From Dehalococcoidia bacterium (GTDB lineage: Bacteria; Chloroflexota; Dehalococcoidia; UBA2979), in the NCBI GenBank assembly GCA_964291495.2, contig OZ219872.1, forward strand, positions 576,001 to 640,000: a stretch of DNA of 64,000 nt, in the 5' to 3' direction. Both the position numbers and the translations under genes were made by a program. Below are positions 1 through 8,383 of this stretch, one piece after another. Under the pieces are notes generated by a model, which did no database searches, was not told where the DNA came from, and saw only the letters and a program-made list of their open reading frames with translations. Numbering within the stretch: the stretch's first letter is position 1; every line of letters starts with the position of its first letter.

Positions 1-1026
1 CGGCGCGAAGGCGTGCAGGTGGTCGCGCACCGCAACCTGCGGCGCTGCCAGGAGGACGACCGCCGCATCCCCGGCTACCGCCACTGGCGCAACAAGGTCT
101 TCTTCGGCCGCGGCGTGCGCGTGACCGCCCCCGAGCCGGTCGTCCCGGACATCGCCTTCGACCAGCGCTACGACTTCGAGTTGGGCGGGCTGCGCTTCGA
201 GCTGCATCACGCGCCGGGCGGCGAGACCATCGACAGCGCCTGCGTACACCTGCCCGATCACGACATCCTGTTCAGCGGCAACATCCTCGGCCCGCTCTTT
301 CCCACCCTCCCGAACCTCTACACGATCCGCGGCGACAAGTACCGCTTCGCCGACGCCTACATCGAGACGGTCGAGCTGCTGCGCGACCTGCAGCCCGAGC
401 TGCTCATCACCGGCCACTTCGACCCGATCAGCGGCCGCGAGCACATCGCGCGCGAGCTGACGCGGCTGCGCGACGCCGTCGCCTACGTACTCGAGGAGAC
501 GCTGAAGGGGATGAATGCGGGCAAGAACCCCTACGAGTTGATGCGCGAGATCCGGCTGCCCGAGGGCCTCGAGGTCGACGAGCGTTACGGGAAGGTCGCC
601 TGGGACGTGCGCGGGATCTTCGAGTCCTACGGCGGCTGGTTCCACTTCGACTCGACCACGGAGCTGCTGGCGGACGCACCCTCCTCGATTAACGCCGAGG
701 TCGCCGCGCTCGCCGGCGTCGCCGCTCTCGCGCGGCGCGCGCGGGAGCTGCTGGACGGCGGCGAGGCGGGCCACGCGATCCGCCTGGCGGAGATGGCGCT
801 GGCGGGAGACTCGCGCCATCGGGACGCCCTCGAGGTCTACCGCGACGCCCACCAGGTGCTGCTCGAAAGCGCTGGCGCGAACATGTGGGACCTGCGCTGG
901 CTGCGTCGACAGGTGCGCGGCGCCGATCGCCTGCTCGCCGCCGAGCCGGACTCCGAGGACTGGGCGCGCACCGAGGGCGAGCCGCGCATCGCCCGCTGGA
1001 TGATGGACCCACCCGAGGCGCCCTGA
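1..1026 (+). CDS. Alkyl/aryl-sulfatase-like metallo-beta-lactamase-fold hydrolase (5' end outside window)
   Basis: Frame is open from base 1. Motifs GGETID, FPTLPNLYTIRG, LITGHFDPI and YGKVAWDVRGIF..YGGWF match the SdsA-type catalytic and dimerisation domains. Confidence 0.8.
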   Translation, partial: RREGVQVVAHRNLRRCQEDDRRIPGYRHWRNKVFFGRGVRVTAPEPVVPDIAFDQRYDFELGGLRFELHHAPGGETIDSACVHLPDHDILFSGNILGPLFPTLPNLYTIRGDKYRFADAYIETVELLRDLQPELLITGHFDPISGREHIARELTRLRDAVAYVLEETLKGMNAGKNPYELMREIRLPEGLEVDERYGKVAWDVRGIFESYGGWFHFDSTTELLADAPSSINAEVAALAGVAALARRARELLDGGEAGHAIRLAEMALAGDSRHRDALEVYRDAHQVLLESAGANMWDLRWLRRQVRGADRLLAAEPDSEDWARTEGEPRIARWMMDPPEAP

Positions 1027-1824
1027 CTCCGTTCCCTTCCGGTCCTGTGGGAGGCTGCGCCCCCCACACCCCCATCCCGGACGAGCACGCTGCGCGGCTC
1101 GGGCCCACCCACCCGCCCTCGGATTTCTTTCCTGTGGGGGCTGCGCCCCCGCACCCCCCGGGGCCCCGAGGTCGCACCCGCCTCCCGAGGGCGGTCCGGT
1201 CCCCTCTCCCCGAGGGAGAGGGCGGAGGGTGAGGGAGGCACCCGCCTCCGGCCCCCTCTCCCCTCGCGGGAGAGGGCGGGGGTGAGGGGGCGCCGCGCGT
1301 CAGCGCGGCCAGCGGGCGCATGGGGGTTGCGAGGGCGCGGCGACAGCCTCGAGGGCGCGCGCTCCGGCTACGCCGGAGTCCCCCTCACCCGCGGGGGTGT
1401 GGGGGGAATCCCCCCACAGAGCACTGGCTCTCCCGCCGGGGGGAGAGGGGATCGGAGGGAGCACCCTCCGAGAGTTCCGAAGGCATTCCGGTCCCCTCTC
1501 CCCGAGGGAGAGGGCGGAGGGTGAGGGAGGCGCCCGCCTCCGGCCCCCTCTCCCCTCGCGGGAGAGGGCGGGGGTGAGGGGGCGCCGCGCGACGGCGCGG
1601 CCGGCGGGCGCACGGAGGTCGCGAGGGCGCGGCGACAGCCTCGAGGGCGCGCGCTCCGGCTATGCCGGAGTCCCCCTCACCCTAACCCTCTCCCGCCGGG
1701 GGAGTGGGGAGCGGAGGGAGCGCCCTCCGAAAGTCCCGGAGGGTGGTCCGGTCCCCTCTCCCCGCGGGAGAGGGCGGAGGGTGAGGGAGACTCCGGCGAG
1801 CGGGCTGCGGTGAGGACCGCAGCG
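1027..1824. repeat. Mosaic tandem array of REP-like palindromes between convergent genes
   Basis: Unit of 260-290 bp repeated at about 1195-1486 and 1487-1746, partial at 1747-1790. Seven CCCTCTCCC-N-GGGAGAGGG-N-GGGTGAGGG elements, plus GGGGCTGCGCCCC-type hairpins near 1050 and 1136. Confidence 0.9.
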
Positions 1825-2925
1825 CTACGCGGGGCCGAGTTGCATTGCCTCGATGGCGTCGTAGGCTTCCTCGATCAGGTCGAGGATGACCTGGCGGACG
1901 GGCTTGATCTCGCGGATGAAGCCGACGCCCTGGCCGGCGGCGACGCCCTGCCAGTCGCGCAGCTCGTGCTCGTCGATCGCCTGGCGCAGCTTGTTGTTGA
2001 GCAGGCCCTGCAGCGGCATCGGCAGGTGCTGCGGCGCGTCCGCCGACTCCCACGACTCGACGTAGCGGTTGCGCACGCCTCGAGAGCGCTTGCCGTCGCC
2101 GGCCGTCGAGACCCAGGCGTCCTGCGCCTTCGCGTCGAGCAGCTTCTGCTTCGCCCACATCTCCGTCGCCGACTCGTGCGTCGCCTGCCACATCGTGCCC
2201 GTCCAGACGCCGACGGCCCCGAGGGTGAGCGCGGCCACGATGTGGCGGCCGGTGGTGACGCCGCCCGCGGCGAGGATCGGCGTGTCGAACTCGCGCGCCA
2301 GCTCGACGACCTCGGGCACGATCGAGAAGGTGCCGATGCGCCCGGTGTGACCGGCCGAGTCCTGGCCCTGCGCGATCAGCAGATCGAGCCCGGCCTCCAG
2401 CTCGCGCCGGGCCTGGCGGGCGAGGCCGATCAGGCCCCAGACCTTCACACCGGCGTCGTGCATCTCGTCGAGGATGAAGGCGGGGCTTCCGAGGCCGGAG
2501 GCGAAGATCGGGATCCGCTCCTCCATCATGATCTCGAGCTTGGTGCGCGTGTCGCGCAGGCCGCGCAGGCGCACGTCCTCGGGGGGCGGACCCTTCGGGT
2601 CCGGGATGTCGTTGTCGCGCATCAGCTGCTCGACCCAGTCGCGGTGGCCCTGCGGGATCTGGGCCTCCAGCTCCTCCTGGTTGCCGCGCACGTAGGACGA
2701 GGGAATCGTGATGTCGACGCCGTAGGGGCGGTCGCCGACGCGCTCCTTGATCCATTTGATGTCGGCCCGCATCTCCTCGATCGTGTGCGTGCTGGCGCCA
2801 AGGACGCCGATGCCGCCGGCGTTGGAGGCGGCGGCGGTCACGTCGCGCGTGTGCGCGAAGGCGACGATCGGGTATTCGGCGCCGTACTCCTCGCAGAGCC
2901 GGGTGTGCAGTGGGTCGCCGGTCAT
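1825..2925 (-). CDS. Nitronate monooxygenase / FabK-like FMN-dependent oxidoreductase
   Basis: YPIVAFAH..AAASNAGGIGVLG, AQGQDSAGHTG, LAAGGVTTGR, GVWTGT and AGQGVG motifs. ATG at 2925 is preceded by GAAAGGA. Confidence 0.85.
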   Translation of the reverse strand: MTGDPLHTRLCEEYGAEYPIVAFAHTRDVTAAASNAGGIGVLGASTHTIEEMRADIKWIKERVGDRPYGVDITIPSSYVRGNQEELEAQIPQGHRDWVEQLMRDNDIPDPKGPPPEDVRLRGLRDTRTKLEIMMEERIPIFASGLGSPAFILDEMHDAGVKVWGLIGLARQARRELEAGLDLLIAQGQDSAGHTGRIGTFSIVPEVVELAREFDTPILAAGGVTTGRHIVAALTLGAVGVWTGTMWQATHESATEMWAKQKLLDAKAQDAWVSTAGDGKRSRGVRNRYVESWESADAPQHLPMPLQGLLNNKLRQAIDEHELRDWQGVAAGQGVGFIREIKPVRQVILDLIEEAYDAIEAMQLGPA

Positions 2926-2947
2926 CGCGGTGGTCCTTTCGGTTAGG

Positions 2948-2984
2948 CCCTCACCCTCACCCTCTCCCGCGCAGGGAGAGGGGA
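2948..2984. repeat. REP-like element (hairpin + G-tract family)
   Basis: CCCTCACCCTCACCCTCTCCC-GCGCA-GGGAGAGGGG. Confidence 0.85.
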
Positions 2985-2995
2985 CAGTCACGCCG

Positions 2996-4660
2996 CTAGC
3001 GCGGGGCGAGCCAGCGGAACTCCTGAGGCTTGCGCTTCGCCTGCGGGTCGATCGGGACGTGGATCAGCGAGGGGCCGTCGAGCGTCAGCGCCTCCTGCAG
3101 CGCCGCCTCGATTTGCTCCGGCGTCTCGCAGTGGTAGCCCACGCCGCCGAGGCCTTCCATCACCTTGTCGTAGCGCGTGCCGGGGTTGAGGCCGCCGGGC
3201 GGCAGGTTCTCGCGCTCGAAGTGCTCGAGCGGCGTGCCGCCGATGCCGTTGTTGTTGACCACCACCCAGGTGATCGGCAGCCCGTGGCGCACCGCGACCT
3301 CGCACTCCATGCCGGCGAAGCCGAACGCCGAGTCGCCCTGCACGCAGATCACGCGCTGGTCCGGGTGCTCCACCTGCGCGGCGACCGCGAAGCCGTGACC
3401 GAGGCCCATCGAGCCGAAGCTGCCCGCGTCGAGCCGCTGGCGCGCCGCGAAGTTGTCGAGCAGCGTACGCCCGATCGCCATCGTGCCCTCGCCCTCGGTC
3501 ACGTAGACCGCGTCGCGCGGGGCGAGCCGGCGGACGATGTCGAGCGTGGTGTAGTAGCCGAACGGCTCGCCGTCGCGACCCGCGCCGATCATGCCCTCGA
3601 CCATCTCCTGGTTCTTGCGCGCCTCGGCGCGCACGGTCTGCAGCCACTCCGAGTCCTGCGGGAACTGCCACGGCTCCTCGTCGAGGGCGTCGAGCAGCTG
3701 GCCCAGCGTCACCTTCGCGTCGCCGACAAGGCCGACCTCGGTCGGCACGTTGACGCCGATCTCCTCGGGGTTGGAGTCGAGCTGGACGACGCGCACATCG
3801 TCGCGCCAGCGCGGCGGCTGGCCGAAGTGCAGCATCCAGTTGAGGCGTGCGGCCCCGAGGAAGACGAGGTCCGTGTTCTTGAGCACGAAGCTGCGCGCCG
3901 CCGCGATCGACTGCGGGTGGTCGTCGGGCAGGATCCCGCGCGCCATCGGCATCGCGAGGTAGGGGATGCCTGTCTGCTCGACGAAGCGGCGCATCTCCGC
4001 CTCGGCGCGGCCGAAGGAGATGCCCTTGCCGATCACGATCAGCGGCTGCTCGGCGGTCTTGAGGGCAGCGAGGGCGTCGGTGACGGCGGAGTCGTCGGCG
4101 CGCAGGCGCGGCGGGTCGGGCACGCGCGGGGCCCACTCGACGTCGTCCTCGTCGACCTCGTCGAAGATGATGTTGCCGGGCAGGTCGAGGTAGCTGGGGC
4201 CGGGCGTGCCGTTGATCGCCTTGCGCACGGCCTCGGCGACGTAGAGGGGGAGGCGCTCGGTGCTCTCGGCGCGGCGCGCGTACTTGGCGTAGGGGGCCAT
4301 CGCGGCGACCTGCTCGGCCTCCTGGAAGTCGCCCATGTCGGCGCGGGTCGCGTCGGAGGCGCCGCCGAGCATGAGCAGCGGCCAGCGGTTGGACCAGGCG
4401 TTGGCGAAGGCGCCGACGGCGTTGAGCGCGCCCGGTCCGGAGACGACGAGGCTGACGCCGATGCGGCCGTTGAGGTAGCCGGTGGCCTGTCCGGCGTAGG
4501 TGGCGGGCATCTCGTGGCGCATGCCGTAGTAGCGGATGCCCTCGCGCTGGGCGGCGGCGGCGATGCCGCTGACGGGGATGCCGACCACGCCGTAGATGGT
4601 CTCGACGCCCTGCGTCTTGAGTGCGCGCGCGATGATGGTCTCGCCGTTGATCTTCGCCAT
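2996..4660 (-). CDS. TPP-dependent 2-hydroxyacyl-CoA lyase / oxalyl-CoA decarboxylase family enzyme
   Basis: YGVVGIPV, GMRHE, LDAGSFGSMG, GDSAFGFAGME...VVNNNGIG TPP motif, C-terminal RKPQEFRWL. Start at MAKINGE. Confidence 0.88.
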   Translation of the reverse strand: MAKINGETIIARALKTQGVETIYGVVGIPVSGIAAAAQREGIRYYGMRHEMPATYAGQATGYLNGRIGVSLVVSGPGALNAVGAFANAWSNRWPLLMLGGASDATRADMGDFQEAEQVAAMAPYAKYARRAESTERLPLYVAEAVRKAINGTPGPSYLDLPGNIIFDEVDEDDVEWAPRVPDPPRLRADDSAVTDALAALKTAEQPLIVIGKGISFGRAEAEMRRFVEQTGIPYLAMPMARGILPDDHPQSIAAARSFVLKNTDLVFLGAARLNWMLHFGQPPRWRDDVRVVQLDSNPEEIGVNVPTEVGLVGDAKVTLGQLLDALDEEPWQFPQDSEWLQTVRAEARKNQEMVEGMIGAGRDGEPFGYYTTLDIVRRLAPRDAVYVTEGEGTMAIGRTLLDNFAARQRLDAGSFGSMGLGHGFAVAAQVEHPDQRVICVQGDSAFGFAGMECEVAVRHGLPITWVVVNNNGIGGTPLEHFERENLPPGGLNPGTRYDKVMEGLGGVGYHCETPEQIEAALQEALTLDGPSLIHVPIDPQAKRKPQEFRWLAPR

Positions 4661-4801
4661 CGGACCCCGCCTTCCGTGCGGCTGTGACGTGTGCGTGCGC
4701 GATGGTACGTGATCGCACCGTTGACCGCGCAGCCGGGTGCGTGCGCATCGCGAATCTCGGCACTCGGCGCTACCGCAAGTGCTCTCTGCTGCGCTATAGT
4801 G

Positions 4802-4823
4802 CTTCTGCGAAGATTCGCAGGAG
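4802..4823. promoter_or_regulatory. Palindromic operator candidate overlapping the RBS of the Fur-family gene
   Basis: CTTCTGCGAA-GA-TTCGCAGGAG (10-2-10, one mismatch), directly after a -10-like TATAGT. Confidence 0.55.
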
Positions 4824-4829
4824 GCAACC

Positions 4830-5270
4830 GTGAGCTGCGAGCCCGAGATCGCACAGGCCGTACGGGATCGAGGCCGCAGGCTGACCATCCAGCGCGCCAA
4901 GATCCTCAGCGCGCTGCGCCACGCCAGCGACCACCAGAGCGCCGAGCAGATCCTCGAGCGCGTCCGCGACAACGACCCCCACGCCGACATCTCGCTCTCC
5001 ACCGTCTACCGCACCCTCGAAACTTCGACCGACCTGCACCTCACCTCGGAGCTGCGCGGCGCCTCCGGCATCTCCGTCTTCGAGTGGAACGACCCGGACA
5101 CGACGCACCACCACCTGGAGTGCCGCGACTGCGGCACGACCGAGGAGGTCGACCTCTCCTCGCTGCAGCTGGCGGAGGCGGAGATCCGCGAGCGTAGCGG
5201 CTTCCAGGCCGACATCCGTCACCTGGCGATTCCCGGTCTCTGCGTGGACTGCGGCCCGGCCGGCGGATAG
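4830..5270 (+). CDS. Fur-family metal-responsive transcriptional regulator
   Basis: RLTIQRAKIL, ISLSTVYRTL helix-turn-helix, HHHLECRDCG and C-terminal CVDC. Confidence 0.92.
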   Translation: MSCEPEIAQAVRDRGRRLTIQRAKILSALRHASDHQSAEQILERVRDNDPHADISLSTVYRTLETSTDLHLTSELRGASGISVFEWNDPDTTHHHLECRDCGTTEEVDLSSLQLAEAEIRERSGFQADIRHLAIPGLCVDCGPAGG

Positions 5271-5285
5271 GCGAAGGAGCGAACG

Positions 5286-5984
5286 ATGGCAGCAACCGAC
5301 GCAACAGCCACCCTCGCGAGCTCGGTCGAGCCCGCCCTGCACATCCCCGACGGCTTCGTCAGCGCGCCCGTCGCCGCCGCCGGCTGGATCGCCGCCGCCG
5401 GCCTGATCGCCTTCGCCGCGCGCCGCGCGGAGCGCGACCTCGATGAGCGCGCGATCCCGCTGATGGGCGTCGCCGCCGCCTTCATCTTCGCCGCGCAGAT
5501 GGTCAACTTCCCCGTCGCGGGCGGCACGTCGGGACACCTGCTCGGGGGCGCGCTCGCGGCGATCCTGCTCGGGCCGTGGGCTGCGATCATCGTGATGACC
5601 GCCGTGGTCGCGCTGCAGGCGCTGCTCTTCCAGGACGGCGGACTCGCCGCCCTCGGCGTGAACACGCTCAACATGGGCGTGATCACCGTGCTCCTCACCT
5701 GGGCCGTCTACCGAGGGCTCGAGCCGCTCTCGCGCCTGCACCCGGTCGTGCCCGCCGTCGCCGCCTTCGCCGCAGCCTGGCTCTCCGTCGAGGCCGCGGC
5801 CGTCGCGACGGCGTTCCAGCTCGCTCTTTCCGGGACGTCGGCGCTCGCCGTCGCGCTGCCCGCGATGGTCGGCGTGCACGCGCTGATCGGCATCGGCGAG
5901 GGCCTGATCACCCTCGGCGCGCTCGCCCTGGTGCGCGCCGCGAGGCCGGACCTGCTTTCCCGGCCGGCGCGGGCGGGAGCGTAA
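5286..5984 (+). CDS. cbiM: ECF Ni/Co transporter substrate-binding component (CbiM/NikM)
   Basis: HIPDG, FAAQMVNFPVAGGTSGHLLGG, QALLFQDGG, HALIGIGEG. Confidence 0.92.
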   Translation: MAATDATATLASSVEPALHIPDGFVSAPVAAAGWIAAAGLIAFAARRAERDLDERAIPLMGVAAAFIFAAQMVNFPVAGGTSGHLLGGALAAILLGPWAAIIVMTAVVALQALLFQDGGLAALGVNTLNMGVITVLLTWAVYRGLEPLSRLHPVVPAVAAFAAAWLSVEAAAVATAFQLALSGTSALAVALPAMVGVHALIGIGEGLITLGALALVRAARPDLLSRPARAGA

Positions 5985-5986
5985 CG

Positions 5987-6319
5987 ATGGGCCGCCGCAA
6001 CCTCACGCTGCTGGCGGGCGGGATCGCCGTCGCGCTGCTCGTCGTCTTCGCCCTCGCGCCCAACGCCTCGGCCCAGCCGGACGGCCTCGAGCGCGTCGCC
6101 GAGGACGAGGGCTTCGCCGACCGGGCGCAGGACGCGCCGCTCTCGCTGCTGCCGGACTACACGATTCCCGGCGTCGAGGACGAGGCGGTCTCGACGATCC
6201 TCGCGGGGGTGATCGGGGTGGCCGTGGTCGCCGCGATCGCGCTGCTCGCCGGCTGGGCCCTGCGCGCGCGTTCGTCCCGCCGAGAGGCACGCGACGCGGC
6301 CTCGATCGGGCCGCCCTAG
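5987..6319 (+). CDS. PDGLE-domain ECF accessory subunit (NikN-type)
   Basis: Two TM helices around ASAQPDGLERVAE and LPDY. ATG 2 nt after the cbiM stop. Confidence 0.88.
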   Translation: MGRRNLTLLAGGIAVALLVVFALAPNASAQPDGLERVAEDEGFADRAQDAPLSLLPDYTIPGVEDEAVSTILAGVIGVAVVAAIALLAGWALRARSSRREARDAASIGPP

Positions 6320-6344
6320 CCCGCCGGGGCGCGGATCCGCCAAC

Positions 6345-7133
6345 GTGGCCCTCCCCCAGTTGATCGAGCGCTACGAGGCGCGCGATAGCGCGATCCACCG
6401 CTGCGACGCGCGCCTCAAGCTGCTCGCGGCGCTCGCCTGCATCTTCGCTGTCACGCTGACCCGAGAGGGCGACGCGCTCGCCCTCGCGCTGCTCGCGCTG
6501 CCGACCGTGGCGATCGTCGCCGCGGCGAAGCTGCCGCCCCTGCTGGTGCTGCGGCGCTCGCTGATCGCCGCGCCGTTCCTGCTCGTCGCCGTGCCGCTGC
6601 TCTTCACCCGCGCCGGCGAGACGATCGCGACGCTGCCGCTACTCGGCTGGTCGATCAGCGACGAGGGCGCCGTCGCGGTGCTCACGATCCTCGCGAAGTC
6701 CTGGTTATCCGTGGTGGTCGCCGTCGTACTGACGGCGACCACGCAGCAACCCGACCTGCTGCGCGCGCTCCGCGCGCTGCGCGTCCCGAGGCTGCTCGTC
6801 GCGACCGTCGAGTTCGCCTACCGCTACCTCTTCGTCGTCGCCGCCGAGGCTGCGCGGATGCTGCAGGCGCGGGCGAGCCGCAGCAGCGCCCTCGAAGGCC
6901 GGCGCGCGGGCGGAAGCCTGCGCTGGAGGGCGCGCGTCGCCGGGCACCTCGTGGGGACGCTGTTCGTGCGCTCGCTGGAGCGCAGCGAGCGCGTGCATGC
7001 GGCGATGCGCGCGCGCGGCTACGACGGCGAGCCGCGCTACCTCGCCGCGCCGCCGCTGCACTTCGCCGGGGTCGCCGTAGCCGCGGCGCTCGCGCTCTAC
7101 GGCTACGCCGTGCAGGTGGCGGTGCGGCTATGA
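6345..7133 (+). CDS. cbiQ: ECF transporter T component (CbiQ/NikQ)
   Basis: SAIHRCDARLK, AYRYLFV, ARASR, RSLERSERVHAAMRARGY. Confidence 0.92.
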   Translation: MALPQLIERYEARDSAIHRCDARLKLLAALACIFAVTLTREGDALALALLALPTVAIVAAAKLPPLLVLRRSLIAAPFLLVAVPLLFTRAGETIATLPLLGWSISDEGAVAVLTILAKSWLSVVVAVVLTATTQQPDLLRALRALRVPRLLVATVEFAYRYLFVVAAEAARMLQARASRSSALEGRRAGGSLRWRARVAGHLVGTLFVRSLERSERVHAAMRARGYDGEPRYLAAPPLHFAGVAVAAALALYGYAVQVAVRL

Positions 7134-7867
7134 CGCCCGCAGCGCCGGACCTCGCGCTGCGCGACGTGTCCTACGCCTACCCCGACGGCACGCCCGGCCT
7201 CGACGGGATCGACCTCGAGATCGCAGCCGGCGAGCGGGTGGCGCTGCTCGGGCCGAACGGCGCGGGCAAGTCGACGCTGCTGCTGCAGCTCAACGGGCTG
7301 CTGCGCGGCGAGGGTGTGATCGAGGTACGCGGGCGGCGGCTCGAGGACTCGAGCCTCGCGGCGATCCGCGCGGAGGTCGGGCTGCTCTTCTCCAACCCGG
7401 ACGACCAGCTCTTCTCGCCGACCGTGCTCGACGACGTCGCCTACGGACCGCTGCACCAGGGGCTGGTCGAGAACGAGGTGCTGCGGCGGGCGCGGACCGC
7501 GCTCGCCGAGGTGGGGATGAGCGGCTACGAGTCGCGCACCCCGCACCGCCTCAGCCTCGGCGAGCAGAAGCGCGTCGCGATCGCCTCGGTGCTCTCGATG
7601 CGGCCCTCGATCCTCGCGCTGGACGAGCCGGCGATCGCGCTCGCCCCCGCCGCCCGCGAGGAGCTGATCGAGCTGCTGCGCGGCCTGCCGCAGACGCAAC
7701 TGATCGCGACGCACGACCTTGGCCTCGCGCGTGAGCTGGCGACGCGCGCCGTCGTGCTCGACGCCGGGCGCATCGTTGCCGATGGCCCGGCGGCCGCGAT
7801 TCTCGGCGACGCGCCGCTGCTGCGCGCGCACGGCCTGGCGACGGACGGCGTGCCCTCGGAGGCGTGA
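7130..7867 (+). CDS. cbiO: ECF transporter ATPase (CbiO/NikO)
   Basis: Walker A GPNGAGKST, NPDDQLFSPTV, LSLGEQKR, LDEP, ATHD. Confidence 0.92.
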   Translation: MTPAAPDLALRDVSYAYPDGTPGLDGIDLEIAAGERVALLGPNGAGKSTLLLQLNGLLRGEGVIEVRGRRLEDSSLAAIRAEVGLLFSNPDDQLFSPTVLDDVAYGPLHQGLVENEVLRRARTALAEVGMSGYESRTPHRLSLGEQKRVAIASVLSMRPSILALDEPAIALAPAAREELIELLRGLPQTQLIATHDLGLARELATRAVVLDAGRIVADGPAAAILGDAPLLRAHGLATDGVPSEA

Positions 7868-7877
7868 CGGGCGGCGC

Positions 7878-8123
7878 TCAGGCGCTCGCGCCGTCCGAGC
7901 GGTTACGGCTGCCGAAGTAGAAGCCGGTCACTGTCCCCGCCTCGAGCGCGAGCGCGCCGAGCAGCCCGATCGCCGCCTCGATGCGCCCGATCTGCAGCAG
8001 CCAGGCGGCCGCCGCCGCGTGTGTCGCCGCGAACGAGCCGACGATCCCCATCGCCAGGTAGGCGCGCACGCTGCCTGCCGGCTTCCCCAGCGGCGCCCGC
8101 TCGCCCAGGTCCATCACCGCCAT
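7878..8123 (-). CDS. Small hypothetical two-TM membrane protein
   Basis: 81 aa, PLGKPAGSVRAYLA...VTGFYFGSR. GAAGGGA RBS upstream of ATG 8123. Confidence 0.6.
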   Translation of the reverse strand: MAVMDLGERAPLGKPAGSVRAYLAMGIVGSFAATHAAAAAWLLQIGRIEAAIGLLGALALEAGTVTGFYFGSRNRSDGASA

Positions 8124-8268
8124 CGCGCACCGTCCCTTCACGCCTCGCCACTTGCGAGGGGCGCACAGCGTGGCGGGACGCCGTCGCGCCTCCAACGCCC
8201 GGATGGCGCTCGGCGGGTGGCGAGGTGGCGAGTGGACAGGCCGCCGCGGCGGCGGGTTCAATGCGATC

Positions 8269-8343
8269 GGGCCCGTAGCTCAGCGGTAGAGCAGTGGACT
8301 TTTAATCCATCGGTCGGAGGTTCGATCCCTCCCGGGCCTACCA
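8269..8343 (+). tRNA. tRNA-Lys (anticodon UUU)
   Basis: GGGCCCG/CGGGCCT acceptor stem, TAGCTCAGCGGTAGAGC D arm, anticodon loop CTTTTAA, GGTTCGATCC T arm, encoded CCA. Confidence 0.97.
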
Positions 8344-8383
8344 AACCGTGCACCACACTGGGAACCGGGTCGGGCAGGCTGCG

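Noticed and set aside
1027-1824. CRISPR array or protein-coding repeats (ORFs with PPPSPARGEG-type peptides)
   Set aside because: Linkers are repeated rather than unique, repeats occur in both orientations with irregular spacing, and there are no cas genes. The ORFs are translations of the palindromes.
4661-5285. Cobalamin riboswitch upstream of cbiM
   Set aside because: No B12-box or conserved GGGAA core found; the Fur gene ends 15 nt before cbiM.
8124-8268. Riboswitch or ncRNA between the small membrane gene and the tRNA
   Set aside because: Only a short CCTCGC/GCGAGG hairpin and a promoter-like TTCAAT; no recognisable aptamer.
8269-8343. tRNA-Lys as an integration site for a genomic island
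   Set aside because: No integrase and no duplicate of the tRNA 3' end seen in the window; downstream genes have host-like composition.
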